A stretch of 17,221 bases of DNA from Tubiluchus corallicola (Eukaryota > Animalia > Priapulida), in assembly GCA_030141605.1 (NCBI GenBank), contig JAQGDQ010002037.1, positions 1 to 17,221 on the forward strand, given 5' to 3'. This document shows, piece by piece, positions 9,341-17,221 of the stretch. A model generated the notes under the pieces. It worked only from the letters and a program-made list of their open reading frames with translations. It was not told the DNA's origin and made no database searches. Position numbers and translations under genes: made by a program. Position 1 is the stretch's first letter. Each line of letters starts with the position of its first letter.

Positions 9341-9452
9341 TTTGTTTGTTAAAACAGTTTATGTATTATATTATGTATTTGTCAAAACAGTTTATGTATT
9401 ATATCATGTATTTCTTTATGTTTATGTATTTGTTAAAGCAATTTATGTATTA
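9341..9452 (+). repeat. Short degenerate AT-rich tandem repeat (about 33 bp, about 3 copies)
   Basis: tttgt(t/c)aaa(a/g)ca(g/a)tttatgtatta occurs three times. Confidence 0.75.
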
Positions 9453-9687
9453 CAGTTCATTGAATTATATTATTATTTTCAATACTGGTGGTACGCGAAA
9501 AATATTTTGTTATATGGATATAGCAAAAACATCTTAATTTTATTAGATAACATTCTTGTGTAATTTTCTTTGCATTTTTATGCTTTCATTTTGCGATTAT
9601 TATGTTTATGGCTAGTTATTACGCAATAATAAATTCCGAATTAATGAATGCAAGAAGCTTCACTTCGTTGCTTATTTAATTTCTAAA

Positions 9688-9800
9688 CTTGAAGCAAAAT
9701 CGGCGCCAATTTTAAACTGTAGGTCAAAAGAATCTACTCTTTAAAACATTGAAAGGAAACATACTATTTTTTTCAGAAATGACATACGTGAAAGAATCAT
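9688..9800 (+). repeat. Dispersed repeat of about 100 bp, copy C
   Basis: Aligns by eye with 8695-8803 and with 501-559 + 1135-1194. Confidence 0.8.
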
Positions 9801-10288
9801 TACCACACAAACACAATTTCGCCACTAGTTCTTCACTTTTACATACACTTCGCCACTTGCTAGTTAGACGGCCACTAGCGCCTGCATTTCAGAAATGTGT
9901 TGCACAAAAAATAGGTGCTGTACCTCTCAGTTCAGATGTGTTAGTTTTTGATGAACTACACACGTTCCACAGCTCATGCATGAGTACAGTGGTAAATTTG
10001 AAATTTCAATTTTTATCTTAAAACTTGCCTAGTTTTAGTACAACACACTGAAACTCATACAGTAGCACTGTACTTTAATTTTCACTTTCGCAAACACGCT
10101 CTTGGAATATCTTTGCCGTTAAAAATTATGTTAGTTTGTGATGTCATCAATAGTTGGGCTCGCCCGCCCTTAATTAAGTTTTTAATCTATTATTTAATTA
10201 TCAGAAATATTATCATAACTATTTCGAGGTGTCATCACGATGAGCGTTGTGTTTTAATCTGACAAAATGTTGACTGAATTTTTTTCAG

Positions 10289-10378
10289 TATTGGCACTTA
10301 TGGTTGTGGCTCTCATACATTGCTGTGCTACCGTACTTGTATATACAATCCTCATCTTGGCAATGTTAGCTTCTGTTG
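10289..10378 (+). CDS. SLC44A1: CTL1-like coding exon 6 (LLALMVVALIHCCATVLVYTILILAMLASV)
   Basis: Hydrophobic TM segment. Acceptor tttttcag|, donor G|GTAAGT; 90 nt, phase 1/1, which bridges exons 5 and 7 exactly. Not in the ORF track. Confidence 0.9.
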
Positions 10379-11005
10379 GTAAGTCTTGCGAAATTAAAAT
10401 GAATAATTCTAATATTTATTTTAATTTTTTATGAGCTGTTTAGCTAGAACTTGCGGTTGCATAAAAAATTCTTTGTCGATAAATAACTTCAAAAGAAATC
10501 TTAAAAGTGAAATCTTTTCTAATTGTACAGAATAAATCAGTTTGACTAATTACGCTGCTGTCCCTGTTGGAATCCATCGCGTTGCTGGCTATGTCAATTT
10601 TTACAGTTCTATAGTTTGCATCACTTTATACAGATACCATCACATCTTTCTCCTTCTTTCTATTCTCTATTAACCTTTCTTTCTACTCCTTTACTGCTCT
10701 TTTCTACTACACTCAGTCGACATTCATTTGGGATGCTCTAAACAAGTAATTACTTCTTGAGTACCCCACGGGTCATTTGCAGCTTGGCATCTTGTGTACA
10801 TAATAATAAATATGTTATTAAATACTTTTATGTACAATGCTGTAATGATCGTTGTGGATATATTTAATAAATAATAAAAAATAATGATATCAAATACACA
10901 GACAGAACATATGCGATTATAAACATTGTTGAACATTAGTGTATCCATTGGGTACCTGGGTACTTACCCACATTGCCTGTTACCCGGTCTGATATTTCTA
11001 CCCAT

Positions 11006-11504
11006 CAGGGAAGAGAATTTTCCGCGGATACGCGGAATTCCGAGTTCTTGGAAGGCCAGTAGTGCCATTTTTGTAAATCGTGTAAATTCGTTGAAAAAAT
11101 TTTTACGGACCCAGTGCATTATTTCACAAGTTGACCGCTAGGTGGCAGGCCGTCACTTTGTTTACATCACGTACATCAGAGTAACCACGTGTATATCTCT
11201 ATGTATAAAAATATAGAATCAATTGTGCGGAGTTATTTGAGTCAATTGCAGACAGTTTTTATATACTTTTGCATAGGAGCGGCCAGTACTTAGGCGTTTT
11301 TGAGACAATTAGGTATCATGTATCCTTGATAGTTGGGTATTTTAAATTATGCATGAAACAAGGTAATTGATATTTTAAGTCCACTTAGAGGCTCTCTATG
11401 GTCACAAAATTGCTATTTGTTGCTTCGCCTCCTTGAACTCCCATGGGGGTTCCAAACCCTTGGCCTGTTTCAGAGTTTTTTGCAATTTGTCATTCTCATC
11501 CCTG
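11006..11504. mobile_element. hAT (Ac-like) MITE, 499 bp
   Basis: TIRs CAGGGAAGAGAAT / ATTCTCATCCCTG (12/13 match; Ac-type CAGGGATG). 8-bp TSD CTACCCAT (10998-11005) / CTACCCAC (11505-11512). Confidence 0.82.
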
Positions 11505-14083
11505 CTACCCACATCTGACAATGAAAATGCAGACAATATGAACCTTCATACGACTGCAATTGCATTGCTTGCATTGTTTTTTTAACTCGCCCCCAGATGG
11601 CAGACAAACATTACTCGGTCACCATAGCAACGCCAATTTTATCAATGCCAATTCCAGCAGTGTAATGTTAGAAGCTACAGCAGAACAATGAATATAGCAG
11701 CTGCGTGTCACAATCACCATGGCAACCTTTTCTTCCAGTTAAGCTATAACTTGCTGCTGTGTGAAATTTTACACAATTTTTTTACAAATTTCATTAGTGC
11801 AGAAAAGTTTATGTCCTGCATTTGCATAAATAACATATTCCACTTGGATATTTCATTAGCTATTTGAAGATGTTGACTGTTTTTGTAGGAGAATAATTTT
11901 AACTACTTGAGAAAAATTTGCCAGTTCCCCATGAAAAACGTTTCATTTACTTAATAAAACACGATAAAACACATAATAAATTTTTACAAAATTTACCCAA
12001 AATGCACAAAATCCAAATACGATCTTAACACAAAAATGTGATCATTACAAAGCTTAAGAACTCCTCTTAACAGATCCGTTGGTTGTTTTTACCTGCAAAT
12101 TCTCATTGTAACAAAATTAACGAATCTTGTGTAAAAAGTGAAATTTCTCAATGACCAGCAAGTTGATCAGACACAACAATGAAACTTGTAATTCCACTAT
12201 TTGCAGTCACATGTAATAGGATATCCATTGTTTAAGAATTCGTTTAAACTTTAAATGCCACTTTCTGCGACGTTTTTATATGGTACAATTGATACCTACT
12301 AGAAAACTATTAACAGTTGTGTTGGCACACTGCCAACCTGCACTCAAACACATGAAACTTAGTCTAAAGTCATTAGTCATTATTGTTTTGAACTGCTTTA
12401 TTATAGTGTATTTCAGCTTTAACAAGCCAACAGGGAATATATCTATATCAATTTTACAAGCGCATAGCAGATCAAACCATTTTTTGTTGAAGGGGTGACC
12501 TGCGTAATTTAACCGAAAACAAAGTGAAATTTCTTTAAAAAAAAGATTAATTGTTCAAATGAAGTTGTTTATTAACGTTTAAAAAGCTTTCAGGCCAGTA
12601 GCAATGATACCATCAAGCAGATTGTTAAGTTTAACTTCAGAAAAACCACAATAGATGATTATAATTCTTACATTGCAGTTGATTCATTGATTAGCCTGAA
12701 ATACGAGTAATTAAGAATGATAAGCCAGTGCAGTGGCAAAACACTGACTTTTGTAACTCGTAGCTCATGTTCAGGGCCTAAGCATGTGATAACTAATTGT
12801 GTGCTTGCACGTCCGTAAGTCAGCAATTAAACCTTCCTAGTTATTCACATATCCTGAATCTCCATTTCATGAGGATCATTTTGATACCAAGTTCCTCGCT
12901 CTATGTTATTTCTAAGATGAGACAATCCATGTTGAAGTTGAGCTGCAGGTTCCACACTGAAAAGCGTAATCTTGAGAAAATCACTGTTGAAGTCGGCCAT
13001 TGTGTTTTGCCGCATTTCTACAAAACACTTAGCAACCGTATGAAAGGTTGATTACTACAGATTTTGCAAGAACGCATTGAAGTTGTGTTTAAAATCAGTA
13101 GAACTAAAAGATCAAAATCAAGATGAGTGCTTCCACGAGCTACAATTGGAGTTTGAAAATACGAGTTTTTTTTACAATTGTAGTGTTAGTTTCTAGCCAG
13201 AAAAATTGGCACAGAGTTATAGAATTAAATTTTTAATATTTTTTGAACTTTTCTAGGTAATTTGATGCTAGAATATAAAAGTACAAATATCTAGCATTTA
13301 TCTTTTTAAAAAACAAAACATTGACATTTGACCAAATTTTTTGTTCAATATGCTTTGAATCATCATAACGTAGTTTTGATTATGGCGACATACGAACTGT
13401 TTTGGTTTTGCAAGCACACTGTATGGAATTTCGCTGTGCAGATCTGTTTCTACCTGGGCAAGTGAGTTAGTTCGTAGACGTTAACAGGCTTCTTTAAAAT
13501 TAGTTTTTCACAGTATGATAGTGATAATTTGTCAGATATATTGGTAAATACTAGATTTGCTTTATGGAGACATTCAATGTAAGTAAATATATCATTTTGT
13601 ATTAATTTGATTGAACTGATCACTTTGAACATTTTAGTTTAATTAATGACAATCTTATAATTTGATAGAACGTGTTACATAGTATAAATTAGTAAAATTA
13701 CCAAATTAGGTTTATTTAATCTTTGTGTTTAGTAAAGTCTAGAGCTACAGAATTGAATTCAAATTTGTAAAATAGCCTTTTTATTTATTTTTTCAATAGA
13801 AATGACGTATTTAATGCTACAATATTTTGTTGGAATATGGTGGACATTGATTGTAGTACACACACAAATATTTAGTCCTAAGATAACACAGTTCGTTAAA
13901 ATGCACCACTGGTTGTTTCTATTTGTGAATATAAATGATTACAATTTCTTCACTGCTGCTGAATCTTAACAAGGTGTTATAAGAAAAAGGTACCCGAGTC
14001 TGAATTTTTCTACTCGTGTAAACACTACTAAACATTGCCATGGAAGTTTGTGATTTCTACATAAATGTTTATTTTTCTTTCAG

Positions 14084-14223
14084 TTGTTACTTTCTTACTG
14101 TGGGCTCAGTATGTCATTGTGAAAAAGTTTTTGGACAAAAAACCAACGGAGGAAACCTTATCGGGCTGGGTCACCGATGAAACTACGTGGCTAGTCTTTG
14201 CTATTTTAGCTACTGTATTTACA
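14084..14223 (+). CDS. SLC44A1: CTL1-like coding exon 7 (VTFLLWAQY...TWLVFAILATVFT)
   Basis: LW..Y and AI.ATVFT TM motifs of CTL1. Acceptor ttctttcag|, donor ACA|GTAAGT; phase 1/0. Confidence 0.94.
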
Positions 14224-14363
14224 GTAAGTGTAAATGTTTCTGTTTATCTGTATAAAAATTACTTGTTTATTTTCTGGGAGTTTCTGGGATTTATTTATAC
14301 AAAATGGAGGTGTTGGCAATATTTAGTTGAAAGTAAGGGTTTACCGTATGTGCTGCCACAAGC

Positions 14364-14990
14364 CAGGGATGTTACCGATACCAAAATCGAAATTTACGAA
14401 ACACGGGAAACCGATACATAAACTGAAATTTATGAAACACGGGAAGCCGATACCAAAACCGAAATTTATGAAACACGGGAAACCGATACATAAACTGAAA
14501 TTTATGAAACACGGGAAACCGATACCAAAACCGAAATTTATGAAACACGGAAAGCCAATACCAAAACCAAAATTTATGAAACACGGAAAGCCGATACCAA
14601 AACCGAAATTTATGAAACATGGGAAGCCGATACCAAAACCGAAATTTATGAAACACGGGAAGCCGATACCAAAACCGAAATTTATGAAACACGGGAAGCC
14701 GATACCAAAACCGAAATTTGTGAAACACGGGAAACCGATACCAAAACCGAAATTTATGAAACATGGGAAACTGATACCAAACCGAAGTTTGTGAAACATG
14801 GGAAACTGATACCAAACCGAAATTTATGAAACACGGGAAACTGATTTTTCAGCAGTTTTTGACATCTAGGAAAGAAGAAAAGGTAAATTGGATAAATACT
14901 AGTAAAACCTTGGAAAAATGCTACCGAAACTTAACTGAAATTGCCATTATCGGCAACCAAAATGAAATTTTCATTTCGTCAACATCCCTG
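14364..14990. mobile_element. hAT (Ac-like) MITE containing an internal 36-bp tandem array
   Basis: Perfect 10-bp TIRs CAGGGATGTT / AACATCCCTG. The flanking 8-mers CCACAAGC / CTTCAAAC match at only 5/8 (degenerate TSD). Confidence 0.7.
14374..14844 (+). repeat. 36-bp minisatellite, about 13 copies
   Basis: Unit ccgataccaaaaccgaaatttatgaaacacggga(a/g); the last units are 35 bp. Confidence 0.96.
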
Positions 14991-15380
14991 CTTCAAACGC
15001 ATGGTGTGTGTTTCTTCATTTTACAATCTAATCTCGAACTTCCAAGAGCCAACTGTCAAGTAGAGAATTTCTGTATTGAATCTCAAAAAAATGAAAATCT
15101 ACCTTCTAATTCTTGTTTTTTTTACTTGTTGCTAATGTGCTGTTTTTGTGCTATGATGGTCAGATAAGTAATAGAATCCATTATTTAGAGTTACATTACC
15201 GGTCTACCGGTACCGGTCTAAACTAGTTCTGTCTGTACTAGATTTGTCAGTTTTAGTCTGGTAGTTAGTTTGTTTTGGTGATGAAATGATTATGTTCATC
15301 CCATAGGAAGCCCAGCAGGTACAGGTGACTGAACAGCACAGACTAAGGCTGCAACCTGCATTCTACTCGAGTCAAGTTGC

Positions 15381-15551
15381 AATAATAAAAATTTTTAAGT
15401 GTAGGTGGCAGCACATGTTTAATCATTGGTAGTAGTACTTTTAATTATAAATCACAAATGAGAATAATTAATAAAAAAATTTAAGTGTAGGTGGCAGCAC
15501 ATGTTTAATTATTGGTAGTAGTACTTTTAATTATAAATCACAAATGAGAAT
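15381..15551 (+). repeat. 86-bp tandem duplication (2 near-identical copies)
   Basis: aagtgtaggtggcagcacatgtttaat...aatcacaaatgagaat at 15397 and 15483. Confidence 0.93.
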
Positions 15552-15629
15552 GTGCGACAGCGTTTTCTTTTTCATTTGTTTTGTAACGTTATTCTTTCAC
15601 TTTTTTGTACTGACATCTTTTTCTTTCAG

Positions 15630-15816
15630 ATCATATTATTTTTAATTATCGGAGTCTTGTTTAAAAAGATGCAGCTGATGCTCGCTCTTTTTGAGGAAGC
15701 TGGAAAAGTCATGCGCAAGTTGCCGTGTTTAATGGTTCAGCCATTTTACACATTTCTTGTTCTCGCCGTGTTCATGATTTTCTGGATCACCGTGGTCATG
15801 TTTTTATCTACAGCGG
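15630..15816 (+). CDS. SLC44A1: CTL1-like coding exon 8 (IILFLIIGVLFKKMQLMLALFEEAGKV...LMVQPFYTF...FLSTA)
   Basis: ALF.EAGK and L..QP..TF motifs at the start of the plasma-membrane choline transporter domain. Acceptor ttctttcag|, donor G|GTATTA; phase 0/1. Confidence 0.96.
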
Positions 15817-15852
15817 GTATTAGATCTTTTTATTAAAGTAGTAGACTTAGAG

Positions 15853-16224
15853 CAGGGGTGTGCAAACTGCGGCCCGCCGAGGGATCTTGTGCGGCCCGCG
15901 AACAGGTTTGTCAAAGTAATGAAAGTGCGGCCCACGCGATCCAGCTGAAGTCTGCGCCAATATCGCCAAGTTTTTTCTTCTAGATCGGATGGCATTAACC
16001 CTTACAAGACCGTAGTCACTTAATGTCACTGTCGCACATGGTGAAATATATGGTTTTTAATATAAATTTTAATAACTTCTAAAATAGTTTCTTGAGTGTA
16101 GTAGTAATGATGTGCGCAGATCGGATGCAAAAAAATCATTATTAGGTCCTACTGTACTTGGCTCCTTGACCAAACTGCTCGTGGCCCACAGGAATTGCGG
16201 GAAAGTTTAATTTGCACTTCCCTG
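15853..16224. mobile_element. hAT (Charlie/Buster-like) MITE, 372 bp
   Basis: TIRs CAGGGGTGTGCAAA / TTTGCACTTCCCTG. Perfect 8-bp TSD ACTTAGAG (15845-15852, 16225-16232) with central TA. Subterminal GCGGCCC repeats. Confidence 0.9.
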
Positions 16225-16656
16225 ACTTAGAGGCTAAAGTTTATCAGAGTGTTGTGTCTGAATAGTTGAAAATTTCTGCATTAGCTGATTTCACACAAGT
16301 GATACTGTACATTGTTACAGTGCAAACACTTCATTTACTGAAAGATTATTTCAATTTTTGTATCAAAAATCGATTTTTAATTTGTCTAAGGTAAGCAAAT
16401 GCATTTCATATGTAATTTTGCATGACAATTTATAGTGTGAGGAGTAGAAACCTACAAAAATTATCAAATATGACCTTAATCACTGCTTAGTGAGAGCAGT
16501 TTTTCATGAAGCCATGCAAACTGCAGCAAATGTTTACGATTCTGGAGAAGTAAATAAACTTCTTTGCATCGGCTGTTCGTTACTTTTCGTCGCCATTTTA
16601 AAAAAATTTGTTTCCGGGTTTGCGACATCTAACATGTCATCTGGATTCTTCCCTAG

Positions 16657-16825
16657 GATCAATTGTAAAAGATCCGGACACTAATCAGACAACGTTCAAG
16701 AGAATGGAGGTGGTCAGCAAGATGTGGTGGTATTATCTAATTGGTCTGATATGGACAAGTGAATTCATACTGGCCTGTCAACAGATGGTCATTGCCGGTG
16801 CCGTTGCCACGTGGTACTTCACCAG
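16657..16825 (+). CDS. SLC44A1: CTL1-like coding exon 9 (…[35 protein letters not shown]); gene continues beyond the window
   Basis: Highly conserved CTL1 segment [26 protein letters not shown]. Acceptor ttccctag|, donor AG|GTTTTG; phase 1/2. Confidence 0.97.
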
Positions 16826-16847
16826 GTTTTGAAAATACATTACCATG

Positions 16848-17221
16848 TTTTACTTTAGAAAAACTTTTACTTTACTTTAGATATTTTACTTTAAAAAAAT
16901 TTTTCTTTGCTTTAGATATTTTACTTTAAAAAACTTTTACTTGCTTTAGATAATTTACTTTTAAAAAACTTTTACTTTGCTTTAGATATTTTACTTTAAA
17001 AAGCTTTTACTTGCTTTAGATATTTTACTTTAAAAAAACTTTTACTTTGCTTTAGATATTTTACTTTAAAAAAACTTTTACTTTGCTTTAGATATTTTAC
17101 TTTAAAAAACTTTTACTTTGCTTTAGATATTTTACTTTAAAAAACTTTTACTTTGCTTTAGATATTTTACTTTAAAAAACTTTTACTTTGCTTTAGATAT
17201 TTTACTTTAAAAAACTTTTAC
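16848..17221 (+). repeat. About 35-bp AT-rich minisatellite, more than 10 copies, running off the window end
   Basis: Unit gatattttactttaaaaaacttttactttgcttta; it is more homogeneous toward the 3' side. Confidence 0.95.

Noticed and set aside
12280-13632. Short intronic ORFs in the ORF track
   Set aside because: No recognisable motifs. Exons 6 and 7 already join in phase with continuous CTL1 homology, so no exon is missing.
14327-14815. Three repetitive ORFs of about 150 aa as real genes
   Set aside because: They are explained by a 36-bp unit inside an intronic MITE. They overlap on both strands and have no unique domain.
15197-15220. TACCGGTCTACCGGTACCGGTCTA palindromic stutter; also (TTAA)n at about 1384-1403 and a short inverted repeat at about 13265-13297
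   Set aside because: Too short or low-complexity to separate from slippage or chance.

Overview
This is AT-rich eukaryotic genomic DNA, most likely from an invertebrate animal. It carries the 5' part of a spliced choline transporter-like gene (CTL1/SLC44A1 family) on the + strand. Nine coding exons with GT-AG introns and matching phases give about 410 codons, and the gene continues past the window end. The introns are packed with repeats: a complete 5S rRNA-headed SINE with a 13-bp target-site duplication, three hAT-type MITEs with TIRs, a Tigger/pogo-like end, and several minisatellites. One minisatellite is 23 tandem copies of a 92-bp fragment of a LINE reverse-transcriptase motif. I see no CRISPR array or prokaryote-type system. 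The most unusual items are the RT-derived satellite, the 5S-SINE architecture, two unrelated arrays with the same 92-bp period, and TE-borne CTCF-like and RFX-like motifs.
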